A DNA stretch of 64,000 bases, from the NCBI GenBank assembly GCA_963740315.1, contig CAVUDP010000004.1:832001-896000 (forward strand), given 5' to 3'. The position numbers were made by a program, and so were the translations under genes. Under the pieces are notes generated by a model, which was not told the DNA's origin, made no database searches, and was given only the letters and a program-made list of their open reading frames with translations. How positions within the stretch are numbered: position 1 is the stretch's first letter; each line of letters opens with the position of its first letter. This DNA comes from an uncultured cyanobacterium (GTDB lineage: Bacteria; Cyanobacteriota; Cyanobacteriia; Cyanobacteriales; Nostocaceae). Positions 43,189 through 52,294 of the stretch are shown piece after piece.

Positions 43189-44551
43189 GTGCGATTCGTT
43201 CAGTCGAAACCGAGCAATCGGGGGATGACTGGCTTCTACAGGGTAATCCGCTAAGGATTGAGTTCGCACTTTAATCCCTTGTAGATGACAACTTCATAAC
43301 CTTACAGGTGAGCGTCAGTATCCTAGAAAACGTCAAGCCCTGTCCCCCAGACGTAGGGGTGAAAACATATCCCCCACTGTAGAGACTAGCCATCAATCGG
43401 TGAAGCGGGGATAAAAGCGGAAAGAGCTACTAGCCTATAAGTGGTATCCCGTGAGTAAGTTCCTATGGATAACGAAAGCTAAGTCATTGTTTGAATCATC
43501 GTTACTGCGAACCAGCGAAATAAGGCTTTATGCGCTGGGAGTCCCAAAAGGGCATTAGCCCCCAGGTGGTATGAGGATTTTTATCTACATACCTACGTTA
43601 CCTAAAAGCTCGGTGAAAAGATGGCATCCTAACAGAACAAACCAATGGTTATGAGGAACGAAGTAACTCACTTTATTACTCTCAAAGAGGTCGAATACTT
43701 TGAGTAGTCAGCTAAGACGAAAGCTCTGGATTAATCCAGGTAAAAGGTGAGAAAGATTGAGTCAGAAGCTAACGCCTTGCTGTAATTGTAAGGATATGCT
43801 GACGGATTCACGGTAATACGGAAGGTATAGCTACAAGTAGCAATGCATAAGTTATGAACACGGTATTACAACCGATGTATAGATGGGGCGATATTAACTG
43901 GCGGAAGCTAGAACGTAACGTCTTCAAGTTGCAAAAGCGGATATACCAAGCGTCTAATCGTGGTGATACCAAGTTAGTACGTAGACTTCAAAAACTGTTG
44001 ATAAATTCCTGGTCAGCAAGAGCGATTTCGGTACGTCGGGTAACTCAGGATAATAGGGGTAAGAAGACGGCAGGTGTGGATGGTGTCAAAGCACTGACCC
44101 CAAATCAACGTCTCATCCTGATAAACAAAATTGCACTGAGTTCAAAGGTCAAACCAACGCGCCGAGTTTGGATACCCAAGCCCGGTACAGAGGAAAAAAG
44201 ACCTTTAGGCATCCCAACAATGAAAAACCGAGCCAAGAAGAGCGTTAATCAAACTGGGGTTAGAACCAGAATGGGAAGCGCGATTTGAAGCTAACTCATA
44301 CGGCTTCAGACCTGGGCGCTCATGCCACGATGCGATTGGAGCAATTTTCCTTTCAATAAAAAGCAAATCCAAGTATGTCTTGGATGCTGACATCAGTAAA
44401 TGCTTCGACCGCATTAATCACGACGCACTTCTTTTAAAACTAAATACCTATCCAACCCTTCGGAAACAAATCCGAGCTTGGTTAAAAGCTGGTGTTATGG
44501 ACGGAAACAAACTATTCCCCACCACCGAAGGCACACCACAAGGCGGGGTGA

Positions 44552-46966
44552 GTGCGCTACGAGGCGCATGGTGGTATTGCTTAGTTTAATTAAACAAGGA
44601 GGTAATTGATTAAACAGTAAAAGCTGGTTGCTCACCCCAGAGCGCCAAGGCTGAGTCGGCAGGCGGGGGATAATGAGTAATAACCCGTTTGAAGCCCGAT
44701 GAACAAGGGACAAAACGCTGGCACTCCGTTACAGCGCAAGGTTTCGAGCCTGAACTTGACTATGACTACGTAAGAAACCTTTGTCAGAAGCGCCCACACC
44801 TTGGACGTACTGTTAAAAGACGGAGATGGTACGAGATATCAGGTAACTCAACCTTCTACCCGGTTGACGAAAAGGTCTTTAGATTCGGACTGAACCGCTC
44901 TAATTATAGGGGTATAAATTATCGGCTGGTATCGGGGACACTGGGTCTGTGTCTTATGGGCGTAAAGAAGGAGTCTAAGGTCAAATGCAATACATACCAC
45001 CATGTGAACGTAGGAAGCATGATGGTTGGTCTTTACGAAGACTGGGCTAACTTGCGGCTAATGTAGCCATCATGTGGCAGAGCCGTCGTAGTAGTTGGAG
45101 CCAGATAAGGTCTGGCACATGGCGAAGGACGGCAGTCATTGCGAAAGGAACGGTACAGGGAACTAGAGAGGACTAAGATGTATGTCCGATATTATCAAAA
45201 CCCAACGTAGCCTAGCCACAAAGGCAAAGCATAATCCTTTACATCAGTTTGACCATTTATATCGGTTAATCTGCCGAGAAGATTGGATACGCGCAGCCTT
45301 GAAATCTGTCCTATCAAATAAAGGGGCAAAAACTGCGGGAATTGATGGCGTGACTAAAAAGGAGCTTGTTTCAAATACGGCAAAAGATGAATTTGTCAGT
45401 AAGCTACAAGCCGAACTGCGTTCTAAGCAGTTCAAACCCAAACCAGTACGTCGTGTTTATATTCCCAAAGCCAATGGTAAGCGCCGTCCACTAGGTATTG
45501 CAACCCTCAAAGACCGAGTAGTACAAATGCTGTTGAAAATGGCACTCGAACCAATATGGGAAAGTGACTTTCTTAACTGCTCCAATGGCTTTAGACCAGG
45601 ACGCAGAACACAAGATTGCATAGCCATGAAGGACAGTTACATCAACAAACGTAATAAATACTTCTGGGTTGTTGAAGGGGATATTAAGGGAGCTTTTGAC
45701 AATATTCACCACGATATTTTATTAAAGCTCGTGGCGAAAAGAGTTGCAGACAAACGTCTTCTTAAGTTAATCGGATGTTTTCTCAAAGCGGGGATGATGC
45801 AAGGCTCCTTGTTTCATCGTACTGAAAATGGTACACCGCAGGGTGCCATTTGCTCTCCACTCTTGGCGAATATTTATTTACATCAACTGGATATGTTTTG
45901 GTGGAATAAATACGGAAGCCTTGACCGCAAGCAAAAAGAGAAACGCCGAACGCAACGTTTGGGTAACTGTGCTTTGATACGATATGCAGATGATTGGCTG
46001 CTGTTAACTAATGGTAGCAAGGAAGAAGCATTTCGTTTACGCGAGGAGTTTCAAACTTTTCTCAAAGAAGAATTAAAGCTGGAACTCAACGTTGAGAAAA
46101 CGCGAGTTACCCACGTAAATAACGGGTTTAATTTCTTAGGCTTCCACGTCCGACGCTACGTTAGCGCTCATGACAAACCAAAAGTATTGGTTACACCTAC
46201 CCAAGAAGCTAAGAAACGCCTAAAAGCGAAAGTTAAGGAGATGACCAAGCGAAAACGGTTTAAAGACTCTCCTTTACTCAAGTTTAATGCTCTAAACGCA
46301 GTATTACGAGGTTGGATTGGCTACTACTGTCACTCTAATGCAAAGAAAACAGCTAAGGACTTGGATTTCTGGGTCAATGAACGCCTATTTCTTTGGTTGC
46401 AGAAACGACACCGCCTAAAACCTCGCCGGATTATGAAGATGTATAAAATGCGTCAGACTCATAAAAACGGACAACGAAATAACTTGGGAATTAGAAACGG
46501 AGAAGATTGCTTGTACTTATATCGTATGAGTGATAAACCGATAACTAAGTATCGGTCACGTTCTTTACCGAATCCGTATTTGGAAGGTTTTGAGCCTGCA
46601 ACATTCGTTAATCCTGAAGTCGCAATACCCGATAACGTCTGGCTCGGCAATGCTGATAACCATAAATGGCGCGAATTGAAAGAGGAGATAAAAGCAGAAA
46701 GAGGAGCCAAATGTAGTGTTTGCGGATGTACCAAGCATCTTGACTTGCATCATATGAAAGCACGTCGAACTGGTGGTACTGATGTCAAAGATAACCTACA
46801 ACTCTTATGTAGAAGCTGCCATGCTCAAACGTCTTCGTTTGGCGACCATAGTAGGTTGCAATGATGGAAAGCGAAGTGACGGGAAATTGTCACGCTTCGT
46901 TTGGAGAGAGGGATAGAGAAACACGCAGGTAGTGATATCTGAAGGTGCGCTCCGTCCCTACTCTAT
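44552..46966 (+). mobile_element. Group II intron B (inner; 2415 nt)
   Basis: 5' GTGCGCTACG; domain V AAGCGAAGTGACGGGAAATTGTCACGCTTCGTTT (46869-46902); 3' CCCTACTCTAT; removal restores GTG A|TA TCA CCT. Confidence 0.92.
45182..46864 (+). CDS. ltrA: Intron B RT/maturase with C-terminal HNH-type endonuclease, intact
   Basis: KTAGIDG, RPLGIA, GFRPGR, EGDIKGAFD, GTPQGAICSPLLAN, RYADDW, FLGF, LRGWIGYY, CSVC..LDLHH...NLQLLCRSCH. Confidence 0.93.
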   Translation: MSDIIKTQRSLATKAKHNPLHQFDHLYRLICREDWIRAALKSVLSNKGAKTAGIDGVTKKELVSNTAKDEFVSKLQAELRSKQFKPKPVRRVYIPKANGKRRPLGIATLKDRVVQMLLKMALEPIWESDFLNCSNGFRPGRRTQDCIAMKDSYINKRNKYFWVVEGDIKGAFDNIHHDILLKLVAKRVADKRLLKLIGCFLKAGMMQGSLFHRTENGTPQGAICSPLLANIYLHQLDMFWWNKYGSLDRKQKEKRRTQRLGNCALIRYADDWLLLTNGSKEEAFRLREEFQTFLKEELKLELNVEKTRVTHVNNGFNFLGFHVRRYVSAHDKPKVLVTPTQEAKKRLKAKVKEMTKRKRFKDSPLLKFNALNAVLRGWIGYYCHSNAKKTAKDLDFWVNERLFLWLQKRHRLKPRRIMKMYKMRQTHKNGQRNNLGIRNGEDCLYLYRMSDKPITKYRSRSLPNPYLEGFEPATFVNPEVAIPDNVWLGNADNHKWRELKEEIKAERGAKCSVCGCTKHLDLHHMKARRTGGTDVKDNLQLLCRSCHAQTSSFGDHSRLQ

Positions 46967-48181
46967 TATCACCTTTACTTGTAAATGTTGCCCTACATGG
47001 TCTTGAGGAACTGATTATGGGTTTAGCCCCAAAATTCGAGATGAAAAGAACGGATGGTTATAGAATGGGCATCCGAGATAAAATCAAATCGATTTCATGT
47101 ATCAGGTACGCAGACGATTTCGTAATCCTTCATGAGGACTTAGAAGTCATAAAACTGTGTAAATTAGAAGTTGAAAAGTGGTTAATTGGCATCGGGTTGG
47201 AATTAAAACCAAGTAAAACGAGAATATCCCACACCCTGAATAAAGTAAAAGGCGAAAAACCTGGATTTAACTTTTTAGGTTTCAACGTCAGGCAGTTTCC
47301 CGTAGGAAAGCACAACTCAGGAAGGAATAAAAGCGGATTACTAAGCTTTAAAACCATTATCACCCCTAACAAAGAAAGCCAGAAAAGGCACTATAGAAAA
47401 GTTGCAGAAGTAATAAACAAGTCACGCGGACTAAACCAAATGACTTTAATAATGAAACTAAACCCTATTATACGGGGTTGGTGCAATTACTTCTCTACGG
47501 TCGTAAGCCAAAAAGTATTTGAAAGGCTATGGCATCTAGTTGTCTGGAAGCTTTTGAAGTGGGGTCGCTACCGTCATAGAAATAAAGGCAGAAGTTGGAT
47601 ACGCCTTAAATATTTTAAAACTGTTGAAGGCAATAATTGGGTATTCGCAACTAGAAAAGGCGAAAATCCTCTAAGTCTAATACAACATAGCTCCACAAAA
47701 ATTACTCGCTATGTAAAGGTGAAAGGAAACGCTTCACCCTATGACGGGAACTGGTTATATTGGAGTTCAAGAATGGGCGTACATCCAGAAGTACCTGTAA
47801 AAGTGGCAACGCTACTTAAACGGCAAAAAGGGAAATGCGCTCACTGCGGTATCTACTTTAAAGATGAAGATGTACTCGAAGTTGACCACATTGTTCCAAA
47901 GTCAAAAGGCGGTAAGAACAAATACGATAACTGGCAACTACTTCATCGACACTGCCACGACACAAAGACCGCTAACGATGGCAGTCTTGGCAACAAATCT
48001 AACTGTAATAGTGTTAAGCCGAAGCCACAAGTCAAACCAGAACCTATGTTCTAACAAGACGATATGTTGGTAATGACGTATTGATGACAACAACCGTTTT
48101 ACCGAGGAGCGGAATGACGAGAAATTGTCACGTTCCGTTTTGGAGAGCAGTGGAGGAGGTGACTCCTTCACTGACTTTAAT

Positions 48182-48233
48182 TTTAGAAAACTATGCGCGG
48201 ATGGCTAACCCGTGCCTGGATGTTGAGGGATAA
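48182..48233 (+). CDS. tnpB: TnpB exon 2
   Basis: Completes RuvC-III: (AA)T TTA GAA AAC TAT...GGA TAA = NLENYARMANPCLDVEG*. Confidence 0.85.
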
Positions 48234-48315
48234 CTGCTCCCATGCTCCCGTTGAAACGTCAAACAATGTCTAGGCTTGTCTAGTCTTTGTATAGCAGGAT
48301 ACTCATGAGTAATGT
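48182..48315 (+). ncRNA. Predicted 3' part of the TnpB omega/reRNA scaffold plus flank-derived guide (boundaries uncertain)
   Basis: Position at the IS right end; GAGGGA..GC/GCTCCCG pairing potential; general TnpB biology. Confidence 0.45.
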
Positions 48316-49411
48316 AATCCAAAATCAGTACACGCCAGATTACGTTTCTCCACCTGGAGAAACTCTTCAAGAAATTCTTGAAGAGCAAAGTATGACTCAA
48401 GCAGAACTGGCAGAGCGGACAGGAAGACCTAAAAAAACAATCAACGAAATTATTAATGGTAAAGCAGCAATCACTCCCGAAACTGCATTGCAATTAGAAA
48501 GAGTATTAAATATCCCAGCTAGTTTTTGGAATAACCGGGAGCAGCAATACCGCGAAGCTTTAGCGTTAGAAGAAGAACAAAATCGTTTGCAAGAACAAAT
48601 AACATGGCTTGACAAAATTCCGGTGAAAGCCATGATTGAGCTTAAATGGATTCAGTATTTTCAAGATAAGGTTGAGCAACTGCGAGAAACGTTGAATTTT
48701 TTTGCCGTAGCATCTCCTAAACAATGGGAAGAAATTTGGTCTAATACTAATACTGATTTCCGTAAATCTCAGGCATTCCAAAGCGATCCTGGTGCTGTAG
48801 CAGCTTGGTTACGTAGGGGAGAAATTGAAGCATCTGAAATTGATTGTGCAATCTACGATGCAAGCAAGTTTGAAGAAATACTACTACAAATTCGCGCTCT
48901 AACAGTGGAGCCACCAGAAATTTTTCAAAGAGAAGTGGTACGATTGTGCGCCGAATCGGGAGTAGCGGTGGTTTTTATACCGCAACTTCCCAAAACTTGG
49001 ACTAGTGGAGCAACTCGCTGGTTAAATCCTAATAAAGCGCTGATTCAACTCAGTCTACGTTACAAGACTGAGGATCATTTGTGGTTTGCTTTCTTTCATG
49101 AAGCTGGTCATATTCTTTTACATGGTAAACGTGATACTTTCCTCGAAGAGAAAAAGTTCATATCGACTCAAAATCAACACAAAGAGCAAGAAGCAAACAA
49201 ATTTGCTGCGGACATACTGATTCCACCTAAAGAGTTTGAGCTATTTCTGGCATCAGGACAACAACGCAAAAAGGCAGGAATTGAGCAATTTGCTACTAGA
49301 ATCGGCATTGCTCCCGGCATTGTTGTAGGTAGACTCCAACACGATAAAATTTTACAACCAAGTTATTGCAATGAATTGAAGCGTAAATTTGAGTGGGCAT
49401 CTAATAATTGA
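48305..49411 (+). CDS. higA: HigA-type XRE-HTH antitoxin fused to an ImmA/IrrE-like metallopeptidase domain
   Basis: SPPGETL..MTQAELAERTG...INEIINGKAAITPETALQLE...FWNN; FFHEAGHILLH and EQEANKFAADIL; ATG overlaps the restored toxin stop (ATGAGTAA). Confidence 0.85.
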   Translation: MSNVIQNQYTPDYVSPPGETLQEILEEQSMTQAELAERTGRPKKTINEIINGKAAITPETALQLERVLNIPASFWNNREQQYREALALEEEQNRLQEQITWLDKIPVKAMIELKWIQYFQDKVEQLRETLNFFAVASPKQWEEIWSNTNTDFRKSQAFQSDPGAVAAWLRRGEIEASEIDCAIYDASKFEEILLQIRALTVEPPEIFQREVVRLCAESGVAVVFIPQLPKTWTSGATRWLNPNKALIQLSLRYKTEDHLWFAFFHEAGHILLHGKRDTFLEEKKFISTQNQHKEQEANKFAADILIPPKEFELFLASGQQRKKAGIEQFATRIGIAPGIVVGRLQHDKILQPSYCNELKRKFEWASNN

Positions 49412-49664
49412 CAAATCAATTTAGCTGCAACAAAAGGGAAACACAAAAACGATGTTTTGGGTTCTAAATTCTACCAATCAATTACCTTGGTAATATTGCC
49501 ATACTCCTAAACTCTACAATTTTTTCTCTCGTCCTATTTTGTTAAAAGCATCGAAAAGCCTATGCTAGTTATGGGAGAAGTTTAATTTTCTAACTTCTAC
49601 CGCTTTTGTTTCTAATTCACATGAGGAATTAATAACAAAACTCTTTGCGTAAGGTTTTTTTATA

Positions 49665-50507
49665 ATGTCTATAACAGAACATAAAATAACAGTAGATTCA
49701 CTAGAATGGTTTTATCGGCAAGTAGAGCCAGTTGGCAGAAGCGATTTATTACCAGTTTTATTGCTACACGGTTTACCATCACAAAGTTATAGCTGGCGCA
49801 ATATCATGCCGGGATTAGCGCAGCAAGGTACAAAGGCGATCGCACCAGATTGGATTGGTTACGGTTTTTCAGCCAAACCAGAAAAAAGAGATTTTGCTTA
49901 CACCCCAGAAGCATATATAAAAGCTTTAGATGGTTTTATCGAAGCCTTGGAACTCGAACGTTTTTCCTTAGTAGTTCAAGGTTTTCTAGGTTCGGTTGGA
50001 TTGCAATATGCCCTAAGAAATCCCGATAAAATCGCCAGCATAATTATACTCAACACCCCAATTTCATCTTCAGCTAAATTACCTTGGAAAATTAAACAAA
50101 TGGGTTTACCTTTAGCAGGTGAAATGATGACGCAAGATCCTTTATTAGTTGACAGAACCTTAGAAGGTGGTAGCCGTTACGTTATTAAAGATAAAGATTT
50201 AGATGTGTATCGCAAACCCTATTTAAAAGCTTCCGCGACGGGAAGAAGCTTATTAGCAACAATTCGGAATTTGCAGCTAAAAACTGCGATGGAAGAAATA
50301 GAAACTGGATTCAAAGAATGGCAAAAACCAATTTTGATTCAGTGGGGAAAAACCAATCCTTGGTTAAGTTTAGAAATGGCAAAAAAATTTGCTGACTCCG
50401 TACCCGATGCCCAAGCGATCGAACTCAACGACGTGGCACATTATGCTCAAGAACATCATTATGAAGTGATTTTAAAAGACTTGTTGCCCTTTGTACGTCG
50501 GAGTTGA
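49665..50507 (+). CDS. Alpha/beta hydrolase (haloalkane dehalogenase-like fold)
   Basis: LLHGLPSQSYSW, APDWIGYGFSAKP, HYAQE. Confidence 0.85.
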   Translation: MSITEHKITVDSLEWFYRQVEPVGRSDLLPVLLLHGLPSQSYSWRNIMPGLAQQGTKAIAPDWIGYGFSAKPEKRDFAYTPEAYIKALDGFIEALELERFSLVVQGFLGSVGLQYALRNPDKIASIIILNTPISSSAKLPWKIKQMGLPLAGEMMTQDPLLVDRTLEGGSRYVIKDKDLDVYRKPYLKASATGRSLLATIRNLQLKTAMEEIETGFKEWQKPILIQWGKTNPWLSLEMAKKFADSVPDAQAIELNDVAHYAQEHHYEVILKDLLPFVRRS

Positions 50508-50509
50508 AG

Positions 50510-50770
50510 ATGATGGGGGGATGGGGGGATGGGGAGACAAGGGGAAAAGGAGATGGGGAGATGGGGAGATGGGGAGATGGGGAGACAAGGGGAGACAAGG
50601 GGACAAGGGGACAAGGAGATGGGAAGATGGGGAGAAATTACTAATTAATAATTCCTAACTCAATAAGGTTACTGAGCTTGTCGAAGTACTCCTAACTTGC
50701 CAATTCCCAATGCCTAATGCCCAATGCCCAATGCCCCATTCCCCATTTTTAATTTTTAATTTTTAATTTT
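50510..50770. repeat. STRR arrays with a ~24-nt dispersed repeat at 50665-50688
   Basis: GGGGAGAT, GGGACAA, CCCAATG and TTTTAAT tandem units. Confidence 0.9.
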
Positions 50771-51978
50771 TACGAAAAATCTTTCATATCAGCAGTGCGT
50801 AATGATATTTGCTGGGTGCGATTACCTCTTCGGACTTTTAACTGTAAATTTTGATTGACACCACTGTTTTCAACTATATTTAGCAATTCTTCGCCGGTAG
50901 AAATGGGTTTTCCATCAATCGCAGTAATTACGTCTCCTATACGGATACCCGCATCGGCTGCTGGGGAATTGGGTACAACTCTTCCTACCAAAATACCTGT
51001 TATTTCCGGTACTCGAATGGGAGAATTGGGACTAGCGTTGATTCGTCGTGCTTCTTGGGGAGTTAAATCATCCATTCCTATGCCTATGAAGGGATGAGCA
51101 ACTCTTCCGTTACGCTCTAATTCACTGGTAATTTGCTTGGCTTTGTCGATAGGAATCGCAAAACCGATACCTGTGGCATCGGCACGAATTGCAGTATTTA
51201 TACCGATAACTTCGCCTAATTCGTTTAATAAAGGACCACCAGAGTTTCCGGGGTTAATGGCTGCATCGGTTTGAATAAATTCCAAACGCTTTGAGGAAAT
51301 ACCAACTTGAGCGCTGGGACGTTTCAAAGTACTGACGATTCCCAAAGTTACCGTATTGTCAAAACCGAAGGGATTTCCTACAGCGATCGCCCAGTCTCCA
51401 ACTTGAACGTTACTCGACGATCCCAAGGGTGCAACGGGTAAATCGCTACCAGCGTTAATTTTTACGACTGCTAAATCGGTGACTTCATCAGCGCCTTGCA
51501 CTTTACCTTCAAACGTGCGTCCATCTTTGAGCCGAACCGTTACTTTATCCGCTTTATCAACTACGTGAGCGTTGGTTAAAACTAACCCGCTTTTGTCAAT
51601 AATGAAACCAGAACCCAAACCGCGTAATTCTTCAGGAGGTAAATTTCTAGGTAAAGAATCGCCGAAAAACCTCCTAAAAAATGGGTCTTCCATAAAAGCT
51701 TCGGGGACGCGACGGCTTACCTGACGTTCGGTATCAATACGAACTACCGCAGTTCCAACTCGATTAACCGCAGCCGTAACAAAACTACTATTTCCAATCG
51801 CGGCAGTTGCATTTGATGTTTGGGCTATCAATTGCGACGAGTCAACAGCGATCGGCGCGGGATCTGCTTGGGAAGGTAATACACCCATAGTATTAACACT
51901 TAGCAAAACCCCAATAATAATTGCGAATAAATGCGTGCTTAGTTGTCTTATAGACTTAGGTAAATATGTAAATTTCAT
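50770..51978 (-). CDS. HtrA/DegP-family serine protease with one PDZ domain (HhoA-like)
   Basis: GSGFII, TNAHVV, DLAVVK, IQTDAAINPGNSGGPL, C-terminal PDZ. Confidence 0.92.
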   Translation of the reverse strand: MKFTYLPKSIRQLSTHLFAIIIGVLLSVNTMGVLPSQADPAPIAVDSSQLIAQTSNATAAIGNSSFVTAAVNRVGTAVVRIDTERQVSRRVPEAFMEDPFFRRFFGDSLPRNLPPEELRGLGSGFIIDKSGLVLTNAHVVDKADKVTVRLKDGRTFEGKVQGADEVTDLAVVKINAGSDLPVAPLGSSSNVQVGDWAIAVGNPFGFDNTVTLGIVSTLKRPSAQVGISSKRLEFIQTDAAINPGNSGGPLLNELGEVIGINTAIRADATGIGFAIPIDKAKQITSELERNGRVAHPFIGIGMDDLTPQEARRINASPNSPIRVPEITGILVGRVVPNSPAADAGIRIGDVITAIDGKPISTGEELLNIVENSGVNQNLQLKVRRGNRTQQISLRTADMKDFS

Positions 51979-52294
51979 CACCAAGACCGTTTTTGCGATC
52001 GATTGTTAGTTATTGTTGACAATTAGATTTTAATATAGTCAGAAGTCGTGCTTACTGACATCACCCTGAAGTTTCGTTTCCTTAAGCCTTAATGCTTGGT
52101 TTGAGGAGATTAAACAAACCGTAGCTGCCGTTCAATTTATTAATGATGTTAGCAAAAATTGGGTTAGGTTTTTCTTTAGCGATCGAGCTAATACGTTTGT
52201 ATAAGGTAATCTTAGGATTGCAAAGACTATTCTGAGTGTTTGCCCTTTGCGTTAGGATGATAAATACTGCTTCAACCCGAATCATAAATAGCCC

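Larger units (their letters stand above)
43854..48054 (+). pseudogene. ltrA: Intron A RT/maturase/HNH protein (43854-44551 + 46967-48054), with a +1 frameshift near 44235-44241
   Basis: RPLGIPT, EPEWEARFE..SYGFRPGRS, DADISKCFD, GTPQGGV|ISPLL, RYADDF, LNPIIRGWCNYF, EVDHIVP...LLHRHCH; joined length 1786 nt = 3n+1. Confidence 0.85.
43189..48181 (+). mobile_element. Group II intron A (outer; 2578 nt without intron B)
   Basis: 5' GTGCGATTCG; domain V GAGCGGAATGACGAGAAATTGTCACGTTCCGTTT (48107-48140); domain VI ending CTTTAAT; removal restores tnpB AA|T TTA GAA. Confidence 0.92.
41924..48297 (+). mobile_element. Non-autonomous IS607-like tnpB element (1381 bp without introns) carrying a group II twintron
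   Basis: Precise removal restores higB; AG on both junctions; subterminal motif ATAGACAAGTCTATACA versus reverse-complemented right-end CTAGACAAGCCTAGACA; no recombinase ORF. Confidence 0.8.

Noticed and set aside
43189..43228. TnpB C-terminus KCDSFSRNRAIGG
   Set aside because: Read-through into intron A; the real end is at 48182-48233.
44495..45066. Short ORFs 44495-44713 and 44689-45066
   Set aside because: They lie mostly in intron B ribozyme domains and show no protein motifs.
43854..48054. RTs as retron, DGR or defence RTs
   Set aside because: Both have maturase and HNH-type domains and lie within GTGCG...AY boundaries with domains V and VI.
41924..48297. IStron (group I intron-IS chimera), suggested by the terminal ...CAG and insertion within a gene
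   Set aside because: The 5' exon ends in G rather than U, and I could not see a group I core in the 210-bp AT-rich left region; a covariance-model search would settle it.
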